The notes beneath the pieces were generated by a model. It had not been told where the DNA came from, ran no database searches, and was given only the letters and a program-made list of their open reading frames with translations. Of a DNA stretch of 24,000 nt, positions 14,569-24,000 are shown piece after piece; position 1 is the stretch's first letter, and the number at the start of each line of letters is the position of its first letter. Source of the DNA: Peribacillus acanthi (GTDB taxonomy: Bacteria > Bacillota > Bacilli > Bacillales > DSM-1321); the NCBI RefSeq assembly GCF_003073175.1, contig NZ_QBBX01000015.1:1-24000 (forward strand). Direction: 5' to 3'. Both the position numbers and the translations under genes were made by a program.

Positions 14569-16971
14569 TTATCTCTTCTTTGGTTTCTTTTTACGTTTAG
14601 CGGCGGGGGCATTTTCAAAGAATTTTTTCTTCTTTCTTGGTTTTCGTTCAGAAGAGTTGCCACCATTAGCGTCATCTTTCCGACGATCTTGACCTTGGCC
14701 ACGACTTTGACCGCTACCTTGGCTTTTCCCTCTGCCGTTACGATCACTACTCTTTGAACCACCACGACTTGATCTGTCACCCGATCTTGTTTTGAAAACA
14801 CGGGTTTCATTCGTTTCGCGTCGACGATTATTCTTCATTCCAGCTACTTCAAAGTCAATTGCACGTTCGTCTTTATTAACGTTTGTGACTCTGACTGTAA
14901 TTTCATCCCCAATTCGAAATACCTTTGCTGTACGTTCCCCAATCATCGCCAAATGACGCTCATCAAATCGATAATAATCATCATTCATGGCACTTACATG
15001 GATTAAACCTTCAATTGTGTTTTCCAATTCGACGAACATACCAAAGTTTGTAACTGAGCTGATAACGCCATCGTACTCCTGACCAATTTTGTCCAACATA
15101 TACTCCGCTTTTTTCAGATCGTCTGTCTCACGCTCAGCATCGACAGCACGTCTTTCTCTGTTGGATGTATGGTCGGCAATATCAGGTAATAGTGCATTCC
15201 ATTTTGCTCTAGTTTGTTCATCCACTTTTCCTTCAATTAAGTATGTCCGAATCAATCTATGAACAATTAAATCCGGATAACGGCGGATTGGGGATGTGAA
15301 GTGTGTATAGAATTCCGTTGAAAGTCCGAAGTGACCAAGACTGTCCGGATAATATTTAGCTTGTTGCATGGAACGTAACAAGACTGTAGAAATAACCGTT
15401 TCTTCAGGTTTCCCTTCTACTGCCTCGATGATTTCCTGTAACGCCCGTGGATGGACGTCGTTGGCTTTCCCTTTTACCACATAACCAAAATTCGTAATGA
15501 ATTCAAAGAATCGCTGTAGTTTTTCTTCCTTTGGATCTTCATGGATACGATAAATGAAAGGTACATCCATCCAATGGAAATGCTCTGCAACCGTTTCGTT
15601 AGCAACTAGCATGAATTCCTCAATTAATTTCTCTGCTACAGAACGTTCTCGTAATACAACATCTGTTGGTTCGCCATCTTCATTAACTAGGACCTTCGAT
15701 TCTTTAAAATCAAAGTCGATGGCACCACGATGCATCCTCTTTGAGCGAAGAATGGCTGCTAGCTTTTCCATTTCTTCAAACATTGGAACTATAGGTTCAT
15801 ATTTCTCCCGTAGCTCTTCATCTTTATCTACGAGTATTTTATTGACATCTGAATAAGTCATTCGTTCTGTCGTTTTAATGACACTTTCGAAAATTTCATG
15901 TTTAACGACGGTTCCCGTTTCATCAATTTCCATATCACATGACAGAGTAAATCGGTTCACCTTTGGATTTAAAGAACAAATCCCATTTGATAGACGGTGA
16001 GGAATCATCGGAATCACTCGGTCTACTAAATAAACACTGGTTCCGCGTTCATAAGCTTCCTGGTCAATTGGAGAGCCTTCCTTCACGTAATGGGTCACGT
16101 CTGCTATATGTACACCAAGTTTGTAATTACCGTTTTCTAGTTTCACAACGGTAACAGCATCATCAAGGTCTTTAGCATCCGCACCATCAATCGTGACGAT
16201 AACTTCGTTACGAAGGTCTCTTCTGTTCCCTATATCTTCTTCATTAATGGAATCTGGCACGCTTTGTGCTTGATCAATGACCTCATCCGGAAATTCGAGC
16301 GGCAATCCATGCTGGTGGATGACAGAAAGAATATCTACACCCGGATCATTTTTATGGCCAAGAATTTGGACAACTTCCCCTTCAGCACTCACTCTGCCTT
16401 CAGGATAAGCCGTTAACTTCACGACTACCTTATGCCCTTCAACAGCACCCATAGATGCTGCCTTAGGGATAAAGATGTCATTGACTACCTTTTTATCATC
16501 TGGGATAACAAAGCCGAAATGCTTACTTTCAACATAAGTACCAACGAGTTCAGTCAGACCACGCTCGATAATTTTTTCAATAGTACCTTCACGTCTTGAA
16601 CCTGAGCTTTCAGAAGAAACACGAACGAGAACGATATCTCCGTGCATTGCATTCTTCATGTCTCCAGGTGGGATAAAAATATCATCCATCCCTGGCTCCT
16701 CCGAAAGCACAAATGCAAACCCTTTAGCATGGGCTGACAGTTTTCCTCGAACTAAATTTAATTTTTCCGGAAGACCATAGCGATTGCTTCTTGTTCGAAT
16801 AACAAGTCCCTTTTCTTCCATCTTCACAAGTGCCTTCACAAAGTCTTTAAAGTCAGCAGAATCTTCGATATGCAAAGCTTCCTCTAACTCTTGAACTGAC
16901 ATAGGTTTATATGCTTCTTTTTTCATATATTCAAGAAGCCTATCAATATGGTGTTTCATGTTTTCATCCAT
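14569..16971 (-). CDS. rnr: ribonuclease R
   Basis: 800 aa with an RNB catalytic domain, cold-shock-like N-terminal domains, an S1 domain, and a basic Lys/Arg/Gly/Ser-rich C-terminal tail. AAGGAGGG SD. The conserved secG-est-rnr-smpB-ssrA synteny supports the call. Confidence 0.96.
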   Translation of the reverse strand: MDENMKHHIDRLLEYMKKEAYKPMSVQELEEALHIEDSADFKDFVKALVKMEEKGLVIRTRSNRYGLPEKLNLVRGKLSAHAKGFAFVLSEEPGMDDIFIPPGDMKNAMHGDIVLVRVSSESSGSRREGTIEKIIERGLTELVGTYVESKHFGFVIPDDKKVVNDIFIPKAASMGAVEGHKVVVKLTAYPEGRVSAEGEVVQILGHKNDPGVDILSVIHQHGLPLEFPDEVIDQAQSVPDSINEEDIGNRRDLRNEVIVTIDGADAKDLDDAVTVVKLENGNYKLGVHIADVTHYVKEGSPIDQEAYERGTSVYLVDRVIPMIPHRLSNGICSLNPKVNRFTLSCDMEIDETGTVVKHEIFESVIKTTERMTYSDVNKILVDKDEELREKYEPIVPMFEEMEKLAAILRSKRMHRGAIDFDFKESKVLVNEDGEPTDVVLRERSVAEKLIEEFMLVANETVAEHFHWMDVPFIYRIHEDPKEEKLQRFFEFITNFGYVVKGKANDVHPRALQEIIEAVEGKPEETVISTVLLRSMQQAKYYPDSLGHFGLSTEFYTHFTSPIRRYPDLIVHRLIRTYLIEGKVDEQTRAKWNALLPDIADHTSNRERRAVDAERETDDLKKAEYMLDKIGQEYDGVISSVTNFGMFVELENTIEGLIHVSAMNDDYYRFDERHLAMIGERTAKVFRIGDEITVRVTNVNKDERAIDFEVAGMKNNRRRETNETRVFKTRSGDRSSRGGSKSSDRNGRGKSQGSGQSRGQGQDRRKDDANGGNSSERKPRKKKKFFENAPAAKRKKKPKKR

Positions 16972-17016
16972 ATAAAATCCCTCCTTTAGAGGATATATGC
17001 TGTCGGAAGGATTGAA

Positions 17017-17763
17017 TTATTCCTCCCAGTCCAACTTTTCTAGAAATTGATAAACATCTTCATGCAATTGTTCACGTTCTTTATCGAGGGTGATGACATG
17101 CCCTGATTCTTCATACCATTTAATTTCCTTCAAATCTGATTGAACTTCATTGAAAATGATGTTGGCACTGTCTGTGTTAATCATTGCGTCATGTCTTGCT
17201 TGAACGACAAAGGTCGGCGCATAGATTTCATCCACATGTTTCCTTACATCGGCAATCAACTCTTGAAGAGCCTTTAATGTATTCATCGGTGTCCTAGAGA
17301 ATTCCGCCATCTCCTGATCAATTTGTTCTGAAGATTTACCTTCTCTTCTTTTATATTCTCTTGCGTACTCTAATACTCCTTCGTACATCACTTCTTCACT
17401 TTTTATATACATAGGCGCACACATTGGTACAATACCCTTTATAGGTACAGTGTAACCTAATTTCAAGGAAAATACGCCGCCAAGCGAAAGTCCTGCTACC
17501 GCAATTTCTTTATGTCCTTTATTTTTTAAAAAGTCGTATGCCATCATGACATCTTTCCACCAATTATTTGGTCCAGTATGCACGAGTTCTTCTGGTGGAA
17601 CACCATGCCCTTTATATTGTGGAGCATGACATGTATATCCCTTTGACTCTAAAAAACGTCCAAGCATTCTTACGTCAGCAGAATTCCCAGTAAACCCATG
17701 TAACAACAATACAGCCCTTTTCCCACCCTCGAACGTGAATGGTTGTGGCATCTTGATTTTCAT
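17017..17763 (-). CDS. est: carboxylesterase (alpha/beta hydrolase, YvaK/Est type)
   Basis: 248 aa with a GLSLGG nucleophile elbow, an HGFTG oxyanion region and a C-terminal SGH. It occupies the position between secG and rnr, as in Bacillus. Confidence 0.85.
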   Translation of the reverse strand: MKIKMPQPFTFEGGKRAVLLLHGFTGNSADVRMLGRFLESKGYTCHAPQYKGHGVPPEELVHTGPNNWWKDVMMAYDFLKNKGHKEIAVAGLSLGGVFSLKLGYTVPIKGIVPMCAPMYIKSEEVMYEGVLEYAREYKRREGKSSEQIDQEMAEFSRTPMNTLKALQELIADVRKHVDEIYAPTFVVQARHDAMINTDSANIIFNEVQSDLKEIKWYEESGHVITLDKEREQLHEDVYQFLEKLDWEE

Positions 17764-17894
17764 ATTCTTCTACTCCTTTAAATCTGGTCCTACTTGTTAA
17801 GGTTATATGACTTTATTATGACCCAATTCACCCTAAAATGTGAAATATAGGGCTTTTTAAAAAATTAATCAAACGTTTGATTAATTTAATATCA

Positions 17895-17926
17895 ATATAA
17901 AAACCCGGCAATTACGCCGGGTTTTT
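17895..17926 (-). terminator. rho-independent terminator after secG
   Basis: On the minus strand: AAACCCGGC-GTAATT-GCCGGGTTT followed by TTATATT. Confidence 0.7.
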
Positions 17927-17943
17927 GCTTTACTGATAAGCTA

Positions 17944-18177
17944 TTAAGCACCGAAGTACGAAACAGCGATTGTTAAAACGAAGAATAATACAGACAATAC
18001 GATTGTTACTCTGTGTAGAACTAAATCGATGCCGCGAGCTTTTTGTTTTCCAAATAGCTGTTCAGCACCACCTGAAATCGCACCAGATAATCCAGCACTC
18101 TTACCAGATTGAAGCAAAACACTAACGATAAGTCCGATACTAACTAATACAAGAAGAACTACTAAAAATGTGTGCAT
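17944..18177 (-). CDS. secG: preprotein translocase subunit SecG
   Basis: The 77-aa product [10 protein letters not shown]...[10 protein letters not shown]... is typical of SecG. GGAGGTG lies 7 nt upstream of the ATG at 18177. The longer ORF reaching 18243 has no SD and adds a non-SecG extension. Confidence 0.9.
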   Translation of the reverse strand: MHTFLVVLLVLVSIGLIVSVLLQSGKSAGLSGAISGGAEQLFGKQKARGIDLVLHRVTIVLSVLFFVLTIAVSYFGA

Positions 18178-18348
18178 GCAGTTCCACCTCCTGATCCTGT
18201 AAGCAATTATAATTAATGTACCATACAATCTCCTATTCCACAATGCTTGTTTTACACGTTACCCACTAAGGCTAATATTTGAGAAAAAGACTTCTATGGG
18301 GTTATTAGGGTATAATGATGAAAAAGTTGGAAAAGGAGTGAAAATGAC

Positions 18349-18888
18349 ATGTTTATGAAAATCATTAGGCAAATTGATGGACTAAATACGATGTTAGCCG
18401 TATTAGGTGCAATAGCGATTCTTTTCATCGATTTTAATATAGTAGAAGGAATTCTATTGGTTATCGCAAGTCTTTTGCTTCTTCTATCTAAGTATCGACC
18501 ACTGCGTTCTGTTATTTTCTTTTCTTATGTAAGCAGTATTGCATTTCTAGGAAATTTGTTTTTAAGAACGACAGAAGAAACGAATAACTCTACCATTTGG
18601 CTTCCGTCGAGTATAACAACTGTTATCATATTTGCCATTGTTATCGCAGCCATTGCCTCTCTAAGTCGATTTGGGACAACAACTCTTTCGTTCATATGGC
18701 TGGCGTTGCACCTACTTATTTTTATTTCTAGTTTACAAATGGGCCACTTCATCCAATCTTTTTGGAGCTTCAATTCACAGTTTCTAGCCATTCATCAATA
18801 TTATCCATTTTTAATTATGAGCATGTTAATTGGCGTTTTTCTTGAGAAATTCCAATTAGAGATGATTCGTGAATATCGCAATAGGTAA
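18349..18888 (+). CDS. hypothetical polytopic membrane protein
   Basis: 179 aa with about 5 hydrophobic segments. AAAGGAGTG SD. This is the only convincing plus-strand gene in the window. Confidence 0.6.
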   Translation: MFMKIIRQIDGLNTMLAVLGAIAILFIDFNIVEGILLVIASLLLLLSKYRPLRSVIFFSYVSSIAFLGNLFLRTTEETNNSTIWLPSSITTVIIFAIVIAAIASLSRFGTTTLSFIWLALHLLIFISSLQMGHFIQSFWSFNSQFLAIHQYYPFLIMSMLIGVFLEKFQLEMIREYRNR

Positions 18889-18893
18889 ATTTT

Positions 18894-18922
18894 GAGGATG
18901 ACCCATTAATCGGGTCATCCTC
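18894..18922. terminator. hairpin between convergent genes (possible bidirectional terminator)
   Basis: Perfect 11-bp stem GAGGATGACCC-ATTAATC-GGGTCATCCTC. There is no clear U-tract on either strand. Confidence 0.45.
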
Positions 18923-18923
18923 A

Positions 18924-19661
18924 CTATACTTTCAAAGTTCTTTTTAGGAATTCCTTTGTTCGTTCTTGAGTAGGATGGTTGAAAATTTGTTCAGGGTTGC
19001 CCTCTTCTGCAATCACACCTTTATCCATGAACACTACTCTATCCGATACTTCCTTCGCAAATTCCATTTCATGAGTAACAATGAGCATCGTCAAACCAGA
19101 TTCTGCAAGCTCCTTCATAACTTTAAGAACTTCTCCTACCATTTCAGGGTCGAGAGCAGATGTTGGTTCATCAAATAGCATCACATCTGGTTCCATGGAT
19201 AAAGCTCTCGCGATTGCCACACGTTGTTTTTGTCCACCTGATAATTGCTTGGGCTTGGCGTTAATATATCGATCCATTCCCACCGTTTTCAGGTACTTCA
19301 TAGCCACATTTTCAGCCTCTTCTTTGGAGCGTTTCAATACCTTGATTTGTCCCACTATACAGTTACTCAATACATTATGATTATTGAACAGGTTAAACTG
19401 TTGAAATACCATTCCTAAATTTTTACGGTATGTGGGAATATCATGTTTATCATCCAAGATATTTTCACCTTTATAGATGATTTGCCCACCTGATGGCTTT
19501 TCTAGCAGGTTAATACATCTCAAAAGTGTCGATTTTCCCGATCCAGAAGAGCCGATGATACTCACCACTTCTCCCTTATTCACTGAAAAATTAATATCTT
19601 TTAATACTTCATTCGAACCAAAGGATTTGTTCAGATGTTGGATATCTATAATTTTTTCCAC
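18924..19661 (-). CDS. amino-acid ABC transporter ATP-binding protein
   Basis: 245 aa with Walker [10 protein letters not shown], signature LSGGQKQR and Walker [12 protein letters not shown]. The type is polar amino-acid uptake (GlnQ-like). Confidence 0.92.
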   Translation of the reverse strand: MEKIIDIQHLNKSFGSNEVLKDINFSVNKGEVVSIIGSSGSGKSTLLRCINLLEKPSGGQIIYKGENILDDKHDIPTYRKNLGMVFQQFNLFNNHNVLSNCIVGQIKVLKRSKEEAENVAMKYLKTVGMDRYINAKPKQLSGGQKQRVAIARALSMEPDVMLFDEPTSALDPEMVGEVLKVMKELAESGLTMLIVTHEMEFAKEVSDRVVFMDKGVIAEEGNPEQIFNHPTQERTKEFLKRTLKV

Positions 19662-19681
19662 GTGATCTCCTCCTTCTTCTC

Positions 19682-20452
19682 TTATTGATGTTCACTTTTC
19701 AAGTTCGTTGTCTGAACTGGTGAATATAGTTGCTCTGGATTTCCGATTACAGTAAAGTTATCCGGACCGTCTAATTTACGCTCAAAATAACGCAGGATTC
19801 TAGTAACCATAAAGGTCATGACAAAGTAAATCATACATGCGACAAAGAACGATTCAAAATACCTGAAATTGTTTCCTGCCACTGATTTTGTTAGAAAATA
19901 TAATTCCGTTACAGAAATTACGTTAAGAACTGATGTATCTTTAATATTGATGACAAATTGGTTCCCCGTTGCTGGAAGAATATTACGAATAACTTGTGGA
20001 AGAATGACGTTAAACATCGTTTGAAAATGGTTCATCCCAATGGCATGCGCGGCTTCAAATTGCCCTTTATCTATGGAAACAATTCCTCCACGGACAATTT
20101 CAGCCATGTAAGCACCTGTATTGATTGAAACTACTATAATTGCCGCCACTAAAATATTCATATCGAGTCCAAATGCCAAGGCTGATCCATAATATATAAC
20201 CATGGCTTGTACGATCATTGGTGTGCCTCGGAAAAATTCTATATAAATCGAAAGAATGATATTAATCACTTTAAGGATTAGTTTTTTAGGTCCTTTTTCT
20301 GGTTCTGGAATCGTCCGGACAACTCCCGCTAACAAACCAATTGCTGCTCCTATTAAAGTACCTATCAGTGCGATAAGAAGTGTTAGACCTGCTCCGCGAA
20401 GGAACATTTGCCAGTTCTCTGCTACTATTTTCACGATCCACTCGAAGCTCAT
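19682..20452 (-). CDS. amino-acid ABC transporter permease
   Basis: 256 aa, multi-TM, with an EAA-like loop ([22 protein letters not shown]). Confidence 0.9.
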   Translation of the reverse strand: MSFEWIVKIVAENWQMFLRGAGLTLLIALIGTLIGAAIGLLAGVVRTIPEPEKGPKKLILKVINIILSIYIEFFRGTPMIVQAMVIYYGSALAFGLDMNILVAAIIVVSINTGAYMAEIVRGGIVSIDKGQFEAAHAIGMNHFQTMFNVILPQVIRNILPATGNQFVINIKDTSVLNVISVTELYFLTKSVAGNNFRYFESFFVACMIYFVMTFMVTRILRYFERKLDGPDNFTVIGNPEQLYSPVQTTNLKSEHQ

Positions 20453-20475
20453 CTTTCTGTCTCCTTTCTAACTAT

Positions 20476-20508
20476 AAGACCGGCTGTCTGAATTCTACAG
20501 CCGGTCTT
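20476..20508 (-). other. intercistronic perfect 12-bp stem-loop between the binding-protein and permease genes
   Basis: AAGACCGGCTGT-9 nt-ACAGCCGGTCTT with no U-tract. This suggests mRNA stabilisation or partial termination favouring the binding-protein transcript. Confidence 0.5.
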
Positions 20509-20517
20509 ACGAAATCA

Positions 20518-21354
20518 TTATTCTGCTGCAGGTTGATTTTTAATTGCCTCATCCATGATGCTTGTACGGTCTTCTTCTGAAATTCCTTGTAGAATTTCAT
20601 TAATTTTCTTTGTTAAGTCACTATCTTTTTTCAATCCAACAGCAATCGCTGTATCATCTTCTGATGTTTCGAATCCTTCTGTAAATTCAACCATCGCAAA
20701 GTTTTCATTGGCAGCTGAAGCACTAACCGCTTCTGGTCTTTCAGATACATAACCATCAATCATTCCAGATTCAAGAGCTACCCTCATTGCAGGGAAGTTA
20801 TCCATCGCAGTCGCTTTTTCTACACCTTCGATTTGATCAATGACTGTGTAGTGGAAGGTATTTAATTGAGCCGTTACTTTTGCTCCATTGAAATCTTGGA
20901 TGGACGTAGCACCTTCAAATTCGCCACCCTTTTTTACTACCATAACAAGGTTTGATTTGTAATAGTTATCTGAGAAATCAATCGTTTCTTTACGCTCAGC
21001 AGTTGGGGACATTCCTGCGATAATCGCATCAATTTTACCAGAAGTTAATGCTGGTACTAGACCATCCCATTCTGTTTTTACAATAACAAGTTTTTTCCCT
21101 AGACCATCCGCAATTTTCTTAGCGATTTCTACGTCATAGCCACCTGCATATTCAGAAGTTCCATCGATTTTAACTCCACCATTGGAATCATCGTTTTGCG
21201 TCCAGTTAAACGGAGCATATCCAGCCTCAAGACCTACCTTAAATGTGTCACTTTCGGATGCTCCAGAGCTAGTATCACTACCTTTTCCACATCCAGCTAA
21301 TAGAATCATAGCTGAAATCATTAAAACCATAATGAATGAAAATTGTTTTTTCAT
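20518..21354 (-). CDS. amino-acid ABC transporter substrate-binding lipoprotein
   Basis: 278 aa. It has a signal peptide with lipobox LLAGC and family-3 solute-binding similarity (DGLVPALTSGKIDAIIAGMS). Confidence 0.9.
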   Translation of the reverse strand: MKKQFSFIMVLMISAMILLAGCGKGSDTSSGASESDTFKVGLEAGYAPFNWTQNDDSNGGVKIDGTSEYAGGYDVEIAKKIADGLGKKLVIVKTEWDGLVPALTSGKIDAIIAGMSPTAERKETIDFSDNYYKSNLVMVVKKGGEFEGATSIQDFNGAKVTAQLNTFHYTVIDQIEGVEKATAMDNFPAMRVALESGMIDGYVSERPEAVSASAANENFAMVEFTEGFETSEDDTAIAVGLKKDSDLTKKINEILQGISEEDRTSIMDEAIKNQPAAE

Positions 21355-21394
21355 ATGAGTTCTCTCCTTTTTTTAAATACATGTTTTAAATAAA

Positions 21395-21655
21395 TAAAAA
21401 ACGACCTGAGATAAACTCAGGTCGTAGTATACATACGTAGTTGCCCTAAAGTCCTCTTCTTTTCCCAAAATGAGATAGCTCAACTCAATAAACCGGGATG
21501 TTTATTGAGACAGTCCTGCAGTTCTTAACTGCAGACCCAGCAAGTAATACTGAGAATATTACCCACTTCGGCGACATTTCCTTCTCCCTAGCATCAAAGC
21601 TTCTCAAACTCCACTAAGGACTGTTAAATATCGCGCCTCTACCTCACTGTTCAAA
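21395..21655 (-). promoter_or_regulatory. lysine riboswitch (L-box) with terminator, leader of the ABC transporter operon
   Basis: The minus strand reads GGTAGAGGCGCGATATTT...GGAGTTTGAGAAGC...GGGAGAAGGAAATGTCGCCGAAG...TTGCTGGGTCTGCAG...GGACTGTCTCAATAA. This matches the conserved L-box blocks I recall from the B. subtilis lysC leader. It is followed by the terminator CGACCTGAG-TTTAT-CTCAGGTCG-TTTTTT (about 21396-21424). TTGACA lies upstream at about 21706-21711. Confidence 0.85.
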
Positions 21656-21805
21656 GTGAGGTCCTATTCAGTTATATGTAATAGGCTACATCAAGCTATG
21701 AAATCTGTCAACCTAGTATTAGTAGAGTCATAGTTTGTAAATTGAACCAGTAATAGAATATATCTCCTAGATTTTATGGTGTTGATTTATTGTTCGGGGG
21801 TGGTC

Positions 21806-21935
21806 CGAATTTGTCTAATAATCGATATTTGTGGATTTTCGATTTTATTTTTTCCGTTTCGATTGGAAATTTTCAAATTCGAATGTATTTTTCCAGTTTC
21901 GATAATAAATCCCCAGTTTCGATAAAAGAGTAGCC
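21806..21935. repeat. tandem array of about 7 degenerate units with strict 20-bp (first two 17-bp) periodicity
   Basis: CGA(T/A) recurs at 21806, 21823, 21840, 21860, 21880, 21900 and 21920. The units resemble CGATnnnnAnTTTTCCAGTTT (e.g. cgaatgtatttttccagttt, cgataataaatccccagttt). The array is intergenic, between the eno terminator and the riboswitch promoter. Confidence 0.6.
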
Positions 21936-22114
21936 TTCCTTAGTCAAAAACATACTGGAATATGGGTGTCTAGCAGAAATAAAGATAAAAGTGCTTAAAC
22001 GGAGTAAAGAAGTGAGTCCATTCCACTCAAATTTCTCGTAATTGATGGAATTTTTTTAAGATAAGCCTACTTGTAAAACATTTCAAGTATCACCCTAGCT
22101 ACATAACATCGCAA

Positions 22115-22152
22115 ATCAAAAAAACCTGCCCCCTCGTCAGGGAACAGGTTTT
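22115..22152 (-). terminator. rho-independent terminator of eno
   Basis: On the minus strand: AAACCTGTTCCC-TGACGA-GGGGGCAGGTTT followed by TTTTTGA. Confidence 0.75.
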
Positions 22153-22157
22153 GCAAA

Positions 22158-23480
<1,323 letters not shown>

Positions 23481-24000
23481 TTAGTTTTTTTGTATTAAAG
23501 AATTCCCTGTCATTTCGACTGGCTTCTCTAATTTTAGAAGTTCTAACATAGTAGGTGCTAGGTCACCAAGAATTCCATTTTGACGTAAGGTCACTTGCTT
23601 ATTTGTCACGATGACAGGAACTGGATTAGTCGTATGGGCTGTCATAGGAGTACCTTCTAGTGTAACCACCTCATCGGCATTTCCATGGTCAGCCGTTATG
23701 ATGGCTTGCCCACCTTTTGCTAGGATGGCATCCACGACTTTTCCTAAGCACTCATCCACCACTTCAACAGCTTTTATGGTAGGTTCAAGCATTCCAGAAT
23801 GCCCTACCATATCAGGGTTAGCAAAGTTCAGGATGATGGCATCAAACTTATCGGCTGCAATCTCATTCAATAATGCGTCCGTTACCTCATAAGCGCTCAT
23901 TTCAGGCTTCAGGTCATATGTTGCTACTTTTGGTGAATTAATGAGGATGCGCTGTTCTCCAGGGAATTCCTGCTCACGCCCACCACTCATAAAGAAGGTG
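23481..24000 (-). CDS. gpmI: 2,3-bisphosphoglycerate-independent phosphoglycerate mutase (C-terminal part; 5' end beyond window)
   Basis: The product matches the iPGM C-terminal region ([20 protein letters not shown]). It lies upstream of eno, as in the gap-pgk-tpi-pgm-eno operon. The frame stays open to the window edge. Confidence 0.95.
   Translation of the reverse strand, partial: TFFMSGGREQEFPGEQRILINSPKVATYDLKPEMSAYEVTDALLNEIAADKFDAIILNFANPDMVGHSGMLEPTIKAVEVVDECLGKVVDAILAKGGQAIITADHGNADEVVTLEGTPMTAHTTNPVPVIVTNKQVTLRQNGILGDLAPTMLELLKLEKPVEMTGNSLIQKN

Noticed and set aside
14490-14810. 106-aa minus-strand ORF overlapping the 3' end of rnr.
   Set aside because: It is an alternative frame of the low-complexity basic tail of RNase R, with no SD and no recognisable product.
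17944-18243. 99-aa version of the secG ORF.
   Set aside because: The 22-codon N-terminal extension lacks an SD and is not SecG-like. The ATG at 18177 has GGAGGTG at ideal spacing.
21806-21935. Periodic repeat array as a possible CRISPR or mini-CRISPR.
   Set aside because: The units are 17-20 bp total, with no alternating conserved-repeat/unique-spacer structure. There is no leader and no cas genes in the window.

Overview
This window looks like a Bacillaceae-type (low-GC Firmicute) chromosome, and almost every gene is on the minus strand. The right part (13.5-24 kb) is conserved core: gpmI (partial), eno, a lysine-riboswitch-controlled amino-acid ABC transporter, a small membrane protein, then secG-est-rnr-smpB-ssrA(tmRNA). 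The left 13.5 kb is an accessory island that starts 31 bp beyond the tmRNA 3' end. It opens with a candidate Tn7-type terminus (5'-TGTGAC...) and nearby repeats, followed by a shielding terminator. Next come an intact orphan tniQ/tnsD-like gene and a decayed tnsB remnant. An apparently intact transposition module follows: a tnsA-tnsB fusion, a tnsC/tniB-like ATPase and a second tniQ/tnsD. The cargo is an ECF sigma / zinc anti-sigma pair, a full-length group II intron with an RT-maturase-HNH ORF, and two small unknown ORFs. The left transposon end is not visible, so the island probably continues past position 1. The most notable points are: (1) the candidate ssrA-homing Tn7-like element with two divergent TniQ selectors; (2) the layered transposase decay; (3) a roughly 20-bp direct-repeat motif found in five intergenic positions, one of which is the intron homing site; (4) a strictly 20-bp-periodic repeat array downstream of eno. 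No cas genes, CRISPR array or recognisable defence system were seen.
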